In this document: positions 30,950 through 40,409 of the stretch, piece after piece
Numbering within the stretch: the stretch's first letter is position 1
Layout of the letters: each line of letters starts with the position of its first letter
Source: Pseudomonadota bacterium
Lineage (GTDB): Bacteria; Pseudomonadota; Gammaproteobacteria; Burkholderiales; Burkholderiaceae_D
DNA length: 61,582 nt
Assembly: GCA_030272785.1 (NCBI GenBank)
Contig: JARXKM010000002.1
Span: 1 to 61,582, forward strand
Reading direction: 5' to 3'
The notes under the pieces: model-generated
What the model was told of the DNA's origin: nothing
The model's input: the letters and a program-made list of their open reading frames with translations, nothing else
Database searches by the model: none
Made by a program: the position numbers and the translations under genes

Positions 30950-32047
30950 TCAGCCCAGGTTGCGCACGATGTGCGGACCGAGCGCGTTGGCCAACCCCAG
31001 CGGCAGCTTCTTCCACAGCTTGATGAACAGCGCGTACTTCGGGTTCAGCGGATTGTTGTCGGGCAGTGCGCTGGACTGGTACAGGCGGTACTCGTACGGC
31101 AGCGGCTGGGCGGTGAAGCCCCAGTTCTTCTTGAAGTCGTAGGCGCCGGTGCCGAGCTTGCTGCGGCCGAAGTCGAACAGGCGGCAGCCGCGCGCGGCGG
31201 CTGCCTGCATCAGGTTCCAGTACATGAAATCGTTGCCGGCGACGTCGCGCGCGAGCGGCATGCCGCCGCCGTAGTAGGGCACCACCTCGTCGCGCCAGTA
31301 GAAGCTGAGCACGGCGGCCACCAGCGCGCCGTTCTGGGTGATCACGCGCACTTCGCAGTCGTCGCCGAACTCCTCTTTGAGCAGGGCGAAGTATTTTTTC
31401 GGAAACACCGGCGTGCCGAGCCGGTGCACGCTGCTGGCGTAGGCGGCGAACATGCGATCGACGTTGTCGTCGACTTCGCCGACCAGGCCGAGCTTAATGC
31501 CCTTGCGCACCATCGCGCGCTGCTTGCGCGGGATCGCGTTGAGGTTTTCGTCGTCGTCGGCCGAAATGGCCTTGCGGAACGTGACGTACAGGTCCTTGGT
31601 CTGCCAGGCCGGATCGCCCGGATGGGCGGCGACCAGGTTGCGGTATTCGAGGTGGCCGACCTTGAGCTGGCGCGCCAGCGCGTCGGCGGCGGCGTCGAGC
31701 GCGCCGCGCGCCGCATCGCTGACGGCGGCGACGCCGCCGTAGACGCAGAACTGCATGGCGCCGAGCGCGTGGCCGAACAGCCGGCTGTTGATCTCGCACA
31801 GCGGCAGCACGCCGGTGATCTGGCCGTCCTGTTCGGCGTAGTAGAACCAGGTCTTGAGCTTGAACGACTGCTCGATCACCCGCTGCCAGCCGGCGCGGTG
31901 GAAGAAGGTGGCGTCCGGGCAGGCGGCGACGAAAGCGTCCCAGCGCGCGTGCTCGTGCGGCTGCATCAGTTTCACGCTGACCGGGGCGGCGCTGTGCACC
32001 GGTGCTGATTGCGTCGAACTCAAGGTCGAACTCATGGTCAAACTCAT
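30950..32047 (-). CDS. FemAB-family XrtA/PEP-CTERM system-associated protein (GNAT fold)
   Basis: ATFFHRAGW, PRKQRAMVRK, LGTPVF, FDFGRSK..TGAY.FKKNWG. Confidence 0.9.
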   Translation of the reverse strand: MSLTMSSTLSSTQSAPVHSAAPVSVKLMQPHEHARWDAFVAACPDATFFHRAGWQRVIEQSFKLKTWFYYAEQDGQITGVLPLCEINSRLFGHALGAMQFCVYGGVAAVSDAARGALDAAADALARQLKVGHLEYRNLVAAHPGDPAWQTKDLYVTFRKAISADDDENLNAIPRKQRAMVRKGIKLGLVGEVDDNVDRMFAAYASSVHRLGTPVFPKKYFALLKEEFGDDCEVRVITQNGALVAAVLSFYWRDEVVPYYGGGMPLARDVAGNDFMYWNLMQAAAARGCRLFDFGRSKLGTGAYDFKKNWGFTAQPLPYEYRLYQSSALPDNNPLNPKYALFIKLWKKLPLGLANALGPHIVRNLG

Positions 32048-32928
32048 TGCGGGCCTAAGAAGATGCGGTCCATCCGGTCCCAGGCGAAATCGCGGGTGAG
32101 CGCGACGATGCGCCCTTCCATGCGGTCCAGGTTGACGTAGTGGCGAAAGCGGCTCTTGGCGTCGACCCCTTCAGGGCGCGGCTGGCCGGGATCGATTTCC
32201 CACGGATGGCAATAGAAAATCGCCGGCTGGCGGTCGGCGTCGTTGACGCGCCGCATCATCCAGCGCGACAGCGCGTACGGCAGCAGGCGGAAGTAGCCGC
32301 CGCCGCCGGCCGGCAGGTTGCGGTTCATCAGGCGCACGGTGGTGATCGGCACTTCCAGCAGGCCGCCCGGGCCGTTCGGGTAAAACGCGAAGCGCGGCGC
32401 GTCGGGCATGCCGTAGTGGTCGTGGGCGATCGGGTAGATGCTCGAGCTGTAGCGGTAGCCGGCCTCGGTGAGCGCGTCGAGCGCCCACAGGTTGGCGGTG
32501 CCGATCGAAAAGCTGGGCGCGCGGTAGCCGAGCACGGCCTGGCCGCCGATGTCTTCGAGCAGCGCCTTGGCGCGCGTGATGTCGTCGCTGAACTCGGCGC
32601 GGCTCTGGTCGGAGGCGCGCAGGTGGCCGTAGCCGTGGCTGGCCAGCTCGTGGCCGGCGGCGACGATGCGGCGCACCATCGCCGGATAGCGTTCGGCGAT
32701 CCAGCCGAGCGTGAAGAAGGTGGCCGACACCTTGGCGTCGGCGAGCAGGGCGAGGAAGCGCTCGATGTTGGCCTCGACCCGGCATTCGCGCCCGTCCCAG
32801 CTGTCGCGCGCGATGTGCGGGGCGAACGCCGACACCTGGAAATAATCCTCGACGTCGATCGTCATCGCATTGCGGATCGTCTGGCCGGGCGCGCTGGCCG
32901 GGCGGATCAGGGCGTCGTCGCGCTTCAT
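32044..32928 (-). CDS. XrtA system polysaccharide deacetylase
   Basis: NAMTIDVEDYFQV, HELASHG, GYRAPSFS, GGGYFR, HPWEID; ATGA overlap with the ATPase. Confidence 0.92.
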   Translation of the reverse strand: MKRDDALIRPASAPGQTIRNAMTIDVEDYFQVSAFAPHIARDSWDGRECRVEANIERFLALLADAKVSATFFTLGWIAERYPAMVRRIVAAGHELASHGYGHLRASDQSRAEFSDDITRAKALLEDIGGQAVLGYRAPSFSIGTANLWALDALTEAGYRYSSSIYPIAHDHYGMPDAPRFAFYPNGPGGLLEVPITTVRLMNRNLPAGGGGYFRLLPYALSRWMMRRVNDADRQPAIFYCHPWEIDPGQPRPEGVDAKSRFRHYVNLDRMEGRIVALTRDFAWDRMDRIFLGPQ

Positions 32929-33923
32929 TCGTGCGGCTCGGCAGGCGCGGCCGCGGCGGGCGTGGCGACGATTTTTTTCAGGATCGACAGCACCGAGACG
33001 ATCGATTTTTCCAGCCGCATCATGCGCTCGTCGATCTGGCCGCCGCTGCCGGCCGTCTCCGGGCCGCCCGGTGCGGCGGCGATGGCGGCGATGGCGGCGC
33101 CGGCCGGCAGTTCGAACTCGTCGTCGATATCGCGGATCACCGTCTCGACGTCGCTTTCGCTGAACGCGTGCAGCTCTTCCAGGTAGCCCATCAGCAGCAG
33201 GCGGTCGCACAGGGTGTTGGTCTTGCGCGGAATGCCGCCGGTGTAGCCGAAGATGGCGGCATGCGCGCCGGCCGAGAAGGCGGGATCGCCGTTCCAGCCG
33301 ACGGTGGCGAGGCGGTGCTCGATGTAGGCCTGGGTCTCGGCCGCGTCCATCGGGCCGAGGTGGTAGCTGGCGATGACGCGCTGGCGCAGCTGCGACATGC
33401 CGTCGCTGTGCAAGGTGACGCGGAACTCCGGCTGGCCGAGCAGGAAGGTCTGCAGCAGCGACTTGTCGTCGGTCTGGAAGTTCGACAGCATGCGCAATTC
33501 CTCGACCGTGCGCGCGCTCAGGTTCTGCGCCTCGTCGACGATCAGCAAGGCGCGCCGGCCCTGCTGCTCGCAGGCGCGCAGGAACTGTTCGATCCGGGTC
33601 AGCAGGTCGGCCTTGCTGGCGTTTTCATACGGCAGCCCGAACGACGAGGCGACCATGCGCAAGGTGTCGTCCGAATCGAGATTGGTATTGACGATGTGGG
33701 CGGCGACGATCTGCTCGGACGGCAGATTGTTGAGCAGGTTGCGCACCAGCGTGGTCTTGCCGGCGCCGACTTCGCCGGTGATGACGATGAAGCCCTCGCC
33801 CTGCGACAGGCCATAGTCGAGGTAAGCCATGGCGCGCTTGTGGCCCTTGCTGCCGTAGAAGAAATGGGGGTCGGGACGCAGCCGGAACGGTTTGGCGCTG
33901 AGCCCGTAAAAGGTTTCATACAT
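32925..33923 (-). CDS. XrtA/PEP-CTERM system-associated ATPase (ExeA-like)
   Basis: MYETFYGL..KPF, GEVGAGKT, IVDEAQ, GQPEF, GGIPR. Confidence 0.92.
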   Translation of the reverse strand: MYETFYGLSAKPFRLRPDPHFFYGSKGHKRAMAYLDYGLSQGEGFIVITGEVGAGKTTLVRNLLNNLPSEQIVAAHIVNTNLDSDDTLRMVASSFGLPYENASKADLLTRIEQFLRACEQQGRRALLIVDEAQNLSARTVEELRMLSNFQTDDKSLLQTFLLGQPEFRVTLHSDGMSQLRQRVIASYHLGPMDAAETQAYIEHRLATVGWNGDPAFSAGAHAAIFGYTGGIPRKTNTLCDRLLLMGYLEELHAFSESDVETVIRDIDDEFELPAGAAIAAIAAAPGGPETAGSGGQIDERMMRLEKSIVSVLSILKKIVATPAAAAPAEPHE

Positions 33924-33940
33924 CGGTGTGTTCGACTCCG

Positions 33941-35518
33941 CTATAACGCTAGTGAAAGGGACGCGCTGAGCGCATTTTCGCGATACGTGCGTCCGCCCAA
34001 AGTGAGCGTATCGCCTTCGGCCCGGTGCAGCTCGACCGCCGCCTTCAGTTTCGGCTGCAGCTGGCGCGTCAGCGCCGCGCTGACCAGCCGCGCGGTGCTC
34101 TTGACGCCGGTCGCCAGCGATTCGCTGCGCGTCGAACTGGCGACCAGATTGACGCCGCTGCGCGGCGAAAGGCGGTAATTGAGCGACAGCGCGGCCACGG
34201 CCTGGCGCGTATTGTCGTTCAGGCTGGCCGGGTTGATGCCGGCCAGCGCGCTGTCGCTCTCCTGCACCGACAGGGCGGTGCGGCGGGTGGCGTTGAGCGA
34301 GAGCACGGTGGTGGTCTTGGCCGTGTTGAACGCCGCCGCCGCCTGCAACTGGCGCTGCAGCAGGAAGCGGTTGCTGAAGTAGTTAACGTTGTCGGCCAGC
34401 GACGCCGGCAGGCCGGTGGTGCGCAGGTAGGCGTCGACGGCTTGGCGGCGCGCCACCGGATCGGCGATGTTGGCGCTGAACAGGCGATCGAGCAGGGCGG
34501 CCGTGTCGACCGTGGCCGGCAGCAGGAACTGCTCGCGCGCGGTGGTGACGGCATCGTTGTAGTTCAGGCTCCAGACCGTGCTGCGGCTGCGGTGGCTGGC
34601 GTTGAGCGCATAGCTGGCGCCGTAGTAGCGCTGGCCCGCGCTGGCCTGCAGCGACGTGCGCAGCGACGGCGTCCACGTGAAGCCGAGCGAATAGCTGGCA
34701 CCGGCGGTCTTGCCGCCCGTCGACTGGTAGTCGTACTTGTCGTAGCCGCCGGCGCCGGTCAGGCTGAACGATTCCGCCAGGCGCCAGCGCAGGTTGGTCG
34801 AGGCGTTTTCCGCGGTCGACTTGCCGCCGCGCGTGCTGTCGAGGTGCTGCTCGCTCGCCTGCAGGCCCCAGCCGAGCGTGCGGTAGGCCGCGCCGCTGGC
34901 GATGTTCATCGACACGGTGTCGCCGACGCTGTCGCCGAACCCGATATTGCCGGACTTGACCGAATCGCGCGCATAACGCAATTCGGCATTGGCGGCATTG
35001 CCGAAGCGGTGCACCAGGTAGGGGCTGAGGCGATAACTGCTGACGTCGGCGCGATTGGTGTTGCTGTACGGATTGTTGGCCAGCTGCGGGCCGAACGCCG
35101 AGATGGCGCGCTGGGCGATCGACGCGCTGCCGTCGAACAACAGCAGGTCTTCGACCAGCTTGGCCTTGGCGTGCGCGTCGAGCTGGCGCTGCGAGCGGTT
35201 GTTGCCGGCCACCTGATTGTCCGAATATCGGTAGAGGTGACTGGTGAAGGCGGCATTGAGCTTCAGGCGCGGGCCTTCGTTGACGATCAACAGCGACGGC
35301 GCCAGATCGGTGATGAACTCGCTGTGGGCCAGTGCGGCCGTCTCCAGCCTGACGTTGTCGGTATAGGTCTCGCGCAGTTCGACGCTGGGAACGACCTTCC
35401 AGTCGGCGCGGCAAGACGGGGCCATCAGCAAGGCCAGCATCGCCACCGGCGCCGCCAGCGGCAGCGCGGCGCCGGCCGTGGCCGGCGCGCGCCGTCGTTT
35501 AGCCATAGTGATAGTCAT
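33941..35518 (-). CDS. PEP-CTERM system-associated outer membrane beta-barrel protein (TIGR03016-like)
   Basis: Signal peptide, ETYTDNV, alternating beta strands, C-terminal YRENALSASLSLAL. Confidence 0.88.
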   Translation of the reverse strand: MTITMAKRRRAPATAGAALPLAAPVAMLALLMAPSCRADWKVVPSVELRETYTDNVRLETAALAHSEFITDLAPSLLIVNEGPRLKLNAAFTSHLYRYSDNQVAGNNRSQRQLDAHAKAKLVEDLLLFDGSASIAQRAISAFGPQLANNPYSNTNRADVSSYRLSPYLVHRFGNAANAELRYARDSVKSGNIGFGDSVGDTVSMNIASGAAYRTLGWGLQASEQHLDSTRGGKSTAENASTNLRWRLAESFSLTGAGGYDKYDYQSTGGKTAGASYSLGFTWTPSLRTSLQASAGQRYYGASYALNASHRSRSTVWSLNYNDAVTTAREQFLLPATVDTAALLDRLFSANIADPVARRQAVDAYLRTTGLPASLADNVNYFSNRFLLQRQLQAAAAFNTAKTTTVLSLNATRRTALSVQESDSALAGINPASLNDNTRQAVAALSLNYRLSPRSGVNLVASSTRSESLATGVKSTARLVSAALTRQLQPKLKAAVELHRAEGDTLTLGGRTYRENALSASLSLAL

Positions 35519-36560
35519 AGGTTTCTTCGATGCCCGGGAACTCGCGCGTCTTGTTGTAGATGATATTGACGTTGTTGCAGCCTTCGAGCTGGCGCAACGA
35601 TTCCTTGACGGCATGCTGGGTGGTCGTTTCCGATTCCACCACCAGGACGATCTGGCCCATGTGGGTGGCCAGCACGTGCGCTTCGCTGGTCAGCAGCAGC
35701 GGCGGCGAGTCGAAAATGACGATACGGTCGGGATAGCGGTTGGCGATCTCGTGGACGAAGTTGCTCATCGACTGGCTGGCGAGCAATTCGGTGGCGCGCG
35801 GCGTGCTGGTGCCGGCGGACAGGATGCTCAGTGCGTCGACATTGGTGCGTAGCAAAACGTCGGCCAGGTCGATCTTGTCGTCGAGCAGGATGTCCATCAG
35901 GCCGCGCTCCGCCGGCAAGCCGAGGGTGCGCAGCACCGAAGGACGGGCGACGTCGGCATCGATCAGCAGCACCGTGTGGTCCAGCTCCATGGCAATGCTC
36001 ATCGCCAGGTTGATCGCGCAATAGGTCTTGCCCTCGCCCGGTACCGAACTGGTGACCATGATCAGGTTGGCGGGCTTGGTGCTGTCGGCGCTTTCGCTGA
36101 ATGCCCGCTTGATCAATGGCCGCTTGATGATGCGGAAGTCTTCCACCAGCATGGTGCGACCGCCAGCGGCCGTGACCATGCCCATGTCACGCATCCGGTT
36201 CAGGTCCAGTTCGACCTTCTTGACGCCTTGCTTGCGCGCCTTGAGCGGCGCCGGCGCCACCACGGCGGCAGGCGCAGCGACGGCGGCAGGCGCAGCGACG
36301 GCGGCAGGCGCAGCGACGGCGGCAGGCGCAGCCACGGCGGCAGGCGCAGCCACGGCGGCAGGCGCAGCCACGGCGGCCGGAATGACGGGACTGGCTGACG
36401 CCAACGACCTGGCAACGGCCGCTTCGGCGCGCGCGGCCATGGCGGCCTCGATGATCGGCGTGCCGGCCGGTACGCCTGGCGCGACTGGCGCGTCTGGCGC
36501 GTCGGGCGCTGCCGGTTTCTTGCTATCGATGCGACTAGCCGCTTTTTCGATGATGCTCAC
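35499..36560 (-). CDS. XrtA-associated tyrosine autokinase (BY-kinase)
   Basis: MSIIEKAA, TSSVPGEGKT, LIDAD, IFDSPP, C-terminal Tyr cluster YDYHYG. Confidence 0.92.
   Translation of the reverse strand: MSIIEKAASRIDSKKPAAPDAPDAPVAPGVPAGTPIIEAAMAARAEAAVARSLASASPVIPAAVAAPAAVAAPAAVAAPAAVAAPAAVAAPAAVAAPAAVVAPAPLKARKQGVKKVELDLNRMRDMGMVTAAGGRTMLVEDFRIIKRPLIKRAFSESADSTKPANLIMVTSSVPGEGKTYCAINLAMSIAMELDHTVLLIDADVARPSVLRTLGLPAERGLMDILLDDKIDLADVLLRTNVDALSILSAGTSTPRATELLASQSMSNFVHEIANRYPDRIVIFDSPPLLLTSEAHVLATHMGQIVLVVESETTTQHAVKESLRQLEGCNNVNIIYNKTREFPGIEETYDYHYG
36262..36377. repeat. In-frame 18-bp VNTR, 6 full units plus a partial, encoding (AAPAAV)n
   Basis: ACGGCGGCAGGCGCAGCG x3 followed by ACGGCGGCAGGCGCAGCC x3. 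Confidence 0.95.
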
Positions 36561-36578
36561 ATTTGCTCCTGGTGATCG

Positions 36579-38114
36579 TTACAGCGAAGGGCGAATCAGT
36601 ACCAGCGCCATCACGCCGCCGTACGCGCCAAACAGCGCGAACACCGATGCCGCCATGGTGTACAAGCGCCGCCGGCGTTTCACCTTCTGTTCGGTGGTCC
36701 AGTTCATGCTGATGCTGCCCAGGATCGGCAGCCCGCTCACTTCACGCAGCGCCGACTGGCTGAGGAAGGTTGGCCGCAACTGGCTCATCAGGAAAGCCAC
36801 TGCCAGCCCCGTCACCAGTGCGCCGACAAAGACCATCGAGAACAGGCGCGGACGGATCGGGCCGGACGGCGCCAGCGGTACGGTGGGCGGATCGATGACG
36901 CGGAACGTCAGCATGTCGGTGGCCGAACTGAGGTCGCCCGACAGCTTGGCCGATTCGCGCCGCTCCACCAGCTTCTGGTAGTTGACCTGATTGACCTGGT
37001 AATCGCGATTGAGCTGGGCCAGCTGCGCCTCGACTTCCGGCGCCTCCGTGCTCTGCGTCCTCATGCGCGCATTGCGGGTGCTGTATTCATCGACGCGCGC
37101 CTTGAGCGAGGCGACGCGCGCTTCGGCTACCGACAGCGCCACATTGAGTTGCTGCAGCATCGGGCTGTAATTGGCGCCCGGGTCGCTGCTACGACGGTGC
37201 TTCTTGGCTTCTTCGGCCTTCTGCGCCTCCAGCTGTGCCACCAGCCGCTTGGCCGCGATGATGTCCGGATGCTGTTCGGTGTACTGCAGGCGCAAGGCAT
37301 CGAGTTGCTTGTTGAGGACGCTGATACGCCCGGACAGCTCAGGATTGGTTTCCGGCTCCACCGTCGCACCGCTGACCGGCGCCGGGTCGTCGCCGGTGAT
37401 CTGGCGCTTGATCGCGTTGCGCGCCTGTTCCGCTTCCAGCAGTTCCAGTTTGGCCTGGTTCAACTGGTCGGACACATCGGCCATCTTGGCGGTGTAGTCG
37501 GTGCCCTGGCGCGGCAACAAGCCCATGTTGCGGATCTTGAAATCCTTCATCGCCGCCTCGGCGACTGCCAGCTTTTCTTCGTACGTCTTGATCTGGTCGT
37601 CGATGAACAGCACGGCCTTGTCGGCATCCTGCTTCTTGCCGCCGAAGCTGCCCTCGACGAAGATGGTCAGCAGCGACTGCACCACGTCCTTGCCCAGCTT
37701 GGGGTTCGAATTGTTGTAGGTGATCGTGTAGATGTCGTCGCGCTCGGTGCCGCTGATCTTGATCTTGTCGATGATTTCGTCGAGCAGCTTCTCGTGTTCC
37801 TTGACGGTATTGGTCTTGACGTCCAGGTCGACCATGCGCATGACGCGCTCGACGTTTGGACGGCTGATCAGGGTGCGCCGCATGAACATCACCTGCTGCT
37901 CCACGTTCGGCAAGCTGGTCATGCCGGCGAGCAAGGGCTTGAGGATGCTCTGGGTGTCGACGTAGACGCGGGCCGAGGCCTGGTAATCGTTGGGCAGCTT
38001 GTACACCACCGTCCAGCCGATCAGCGCGACGATCCAGGAAATGGTGACCGCGTACCACCGGTATTTCCCAATTGCCTTGAGAAAACTTAAAATTACGGCT
38101 GTGAATTCTGCCAT
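36579..38114 (-). CDS. XrtA system polysaccharide chain length determinant (Wzz/Wzc N-domain)
   Basis: Two TM helices flanking coiled coils, YQASARVYVDT, YTEQHPDI, LNRDY, FRVIDPP. Confidence 0.92.
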   Translation of the reverse strand: MAEFTAVILSFLKAIGKYRWYAVTISWIVALIGWTVVYKLPNDYQASARVYVDTQSILKPLLAGMTSLPNVEQQVMFMRRTLISRPNVERVMRMVDLDVKTNTVKEHEKLLDEIIDKIKISGTERDDIYTITYNNSNPKLGKDVVQSLLTIFVEGSFGGKKQDADKAVLFIDDQIKTYEEKLAVAEAAMKDFKIRNMGLLPRQGTDYTAKMADVSDQLNQAKLELLEAEQARNAIKRQITGDDPAPVSGATVEPETNPELSGRISVLNKQLDALRLQYTEQHPDIIAAKRLVAQLEAQKAEEAKKHRRSSDPGANYSPMLQQLNVALSVAEARVASLKARVDEYSTRNARMRTQSTEAPEVEAQLAQLNRDYQVNQVNYQKLVERRESAKLSGDLSSATDMLTFRVIDPPTVPLAPSGPIRPRLFSMVFVGALVTGLAVAFLMSQLRPTFLSQSALREVSGLPILGSISMNWTTEQKVKRRRRLYTMAASVFALFGAYGGVMALVLIRPSL

Positions 38115-38258
38115 CTGGTCAATCTCGTCATCATGAAACGTCTGAGGGTGGACGCGTCGCCGCGCACAGAAAATTCAACACATCATCGCTTGTACTGGGA
38201 GCAATTGCAATTGCATAATGGAAAAAGTGGCGCGCGCGTAAAACTAAAACCACTGTTT

Positions 38259-38317
38259 GCCACACTTCGCTCAACACTCGCGCAACACTTTGTGCAACAC
38301 TTCGCGCAACGCTTTGC
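38259..38317. repeat. Degenerate ~12-bp tandem repeat x5 (consensus GCAACACTTYGC) in a divergent intergenic region
   Basis: gccacacttcgc/tcaacactcgc/gcaacactttgt/gcaacacttcgc/gcaacgctttgc. Confidence 0.8.
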
Positions 38318-38624
38318 CAACTGGCAATCCACTGCCAGCGAAGGCGCCGTGCCGGGTGCCGGCAGCTCCCGAAAAGGCAATTTTGCACATTGTATTGTTG
38401 CTTCGAATAAAACGCCACACTTAAGGCGATTTACCTAAACTAATTATAAAAAGTCATCTAAAAATGCTACGAAGTATAGCGTGTTTGATAATTCGTTGTG
38501 GCGCCGCCGTTAGCGTGCGTGCGCGCCGGCGGCCGTCACGCCAGACGATGCCGGGCATAGCGGGCGGAAAATCTGGTATGGTTGGCGTGCAACCGCCAGC
38601 ATGTCACTTTTCCGGCAACCACCC

Positions 38625-39404
38625 ATGACCATTTCCCGAATGCGCCACGTGCGCGTGTGCGCCCTGCTGGCAGCCTGCTGCTGGAGCGGCGCGGCACCCG
38701 CCAGCGACCTGAGCCGTACCATTGCCACCGTCAAGGGATCGGTGGTCGGCGTCGGCACCTTCCTGCGCACGCGCAGCCCGGCCACCGTGTTTAGCGGCAC
38801 CGGCTTCGTCGTCGGCGACGGCCTGAGCGTGATCACCAATGCGCACGTGGTGCCGGCCATCCTCGACAGCGAGAACAAGGAGGTGCTGGGGATCGTGATC
38901 GCGCACGGCGCCGAGATCGAGTTCCGGCCGGCGCAGCTGGTGGCGAGCGACCGGGCGCACGACCTGGCGCACCTGCGCATCGGCGGCGCGCCGCTGCCGG
39001 CGCTGCAGCTGGGCGACGCGGCAGGCGCGGTCGAAGGACAGGAACTGGCGTTTACCGGCTTTCCGCTCGGCATGGTGCTGGGCCTGCACCCGGCCACCCA
39101 CCGCGCGCTGTTGGCGGCCATCACGCCGATCGTGTTGCCCTCGCTCAGTTCGCGCGCGCTCGACGCCCGCAGCATCGCGCAGCTGCAGCGCGCGCCGTTC
39201 GCGATTTTCCAGCTCGACGGCACCGCCTACCCGGGCAACAGCGGCAGCCCGGTGTACGATCCGGCCAGCGGCGCGGTGCTGGCGGTGATCAACATGACGT
39301 TCGTGAAGGGCTTGAAGGAAAACGCCATCACCCATCCGAGCGGTATTTCGTATGCCATTCCCGCCACGTATATACGTGACTTATTGCAACAAAAATCGCC
39401 GTGA
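38625..39404 (+). CDS. Exported S1 (trypsin-like) serine protease
   Basis: Signal peptide; triad TNAHVV, HDLA, GNSGSP; start could be 38601, 38625 or 38640. Confidence 0.88.
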   Translation: MTISRMRHVRVCALLAACCWSGAAPASDLSRTIATVKGSVVGVGTFLRTRSPATVFSGTGFVVGDGLSVITNAHVVPAILDSENKEVLGIVIAHGAEIEFRPAQLVASDRAHDLAHLRIGGAPLPALQLGDAAGAVEGQELAFTGFPLGMVLGLHPATHRALLAAITPIVLPSLSSRALDARSIAQLQRAPFAIFQLDGTAYPGNSGSPVYDPASGAVLAVINMTFVKGLKENAITHPSGISYAIPATYIRDLLQQKSP

Positions 39405-39578
39405 GAACATTTTTGTGCGGCCGGAGCGGGGCGCGCCGGTCCGATGGTATAAAATACAGTCGGGCAAAAAATAGTGAAAACATAACTCTTCCGCGCCAGC
39501 GCAGGTGCTTCCTGGCAAACAATTCGGACGCATCGCCGCTGTCGCTCGGCCGCTACTGCTCTTTTAAGGGATCTCGAC

Positions 39579-40208
39579 GTGAATACACAGCAACTGCAAT
39601 CGATCAAATGGCTGGCCGCGGGCGCGCTGGCGTTGGCCGCGCTGGCGCTGGGCGGCTGCGCCACCAGCCGTCCGGCGGTACCGGCCGCGGCGCCGATGGC
39701 GACGCCCGATTACCTGATCGGCCCTGGCGACAGCGTCAACATCATCGTCTGGCGCAATCCGGAAGTGTCGATGTCGGTGCCGGTGCGTCCGGACGGCAAG
39801 ATCACCACCCCGCTGGTGGAAGACCTGCCGGCCAGCGGCAAGACCGCGACCGAACTGGCGCGCGATATTGAAAAGGCGCTCGCCAAGTTCATCCAGCAGC
39901 CGGTGGTCACCGTCGTCGTCACCGGCTTCGTCGGCACGTATGGCGAGCAGATCCGGGTGATCGGCCAGGCCGCCAAGCCGCAGGCGCTGGCGTACCGGCG
40001 CGACATGTCGCTCATGGATGTGCTGATCGCCGTCGGCGGCGTCACAGAATTTGCCTCGGGCAACAGCGCCAGCATCATCCGCACGGTCGACGGCCGCATG
40101 CAGAAATTTCCGGTGCGCCTGAACGACCTGATCAAGAGTGGCGACATGTCGGCCAACCTGCAGATGCGCCCGGGCGACGTGCTGGTGATCCCGGAAAGCT
40201 TTTTTTGA
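39579..40208 (+). CDS. XrtA/PEP-CTERM system polysaccharide export lipoprotein (Wza-like)
   Basis: LGGC lipobox, YLIGPGD, VRPDGKITTPLV, SLBB domain, IPESFF. Confidence 0.92.
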   Translation: MNTQQLQSIKWLAAGALALAALALGGCATSRPAVPAAAPMATPDYLIGPGDSVNIIVWRNPEVSMSVPVRPDGKITTPLVEDLPASGKTATELARDIEKALAKFIQQPVVTVVVTGFVGTYGEQIRVIGQAAKPQALAYRRDMSLMDVLIAVGGVTEFASGNSASIIRTVDGRMQKFPVRLNDLIKSGDMSANLQMRPGDVLVIPESFF

Positions 40209-40225
40209 TGTCGGTGGTTCTTACA
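40209..40225 (+). promoter_or_regulatory. Putative PrsR enhancer TGT-N11-ACA
   Basis: TGTCGGTGGTTCTTACA, 93 nt upstream of a sigma54 site; closely similar to 43513-43529. Confidence 0.7.
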
Positions 40226-40318
40226 CCTTTTTGACAATTGCGGCGGCCACACCGATGCGGAGTGCGCCGTGTCCGCTAAGCGGTTGATATTGCAGATGTT
40301 TAATTGCGACCTGAACGC

Positions 40319-40334
40319 TGGCGCAGATCTTGCA
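40319..40334 (+). promoter_or_regulatory. Sigma54 -24/-12 promoter
   Basis: TGGCGCAGATCTTGCA: GG-N10-GC with TGGC...TTGCA. Confidence 0.8.
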
Positions 40335-40409
40335 TGAGACTGACAGTTGTATAATACGAATCATGTTCGCCCGCCGAAGCCGGCGCGGTGTTGTTGGAAG
40401 GGAAATGCA

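Noticed and set aside
36262-38317. Tandem repeats as a CRISPR array
   Set aside because: No spacers and no cas genes; one repeat is coding
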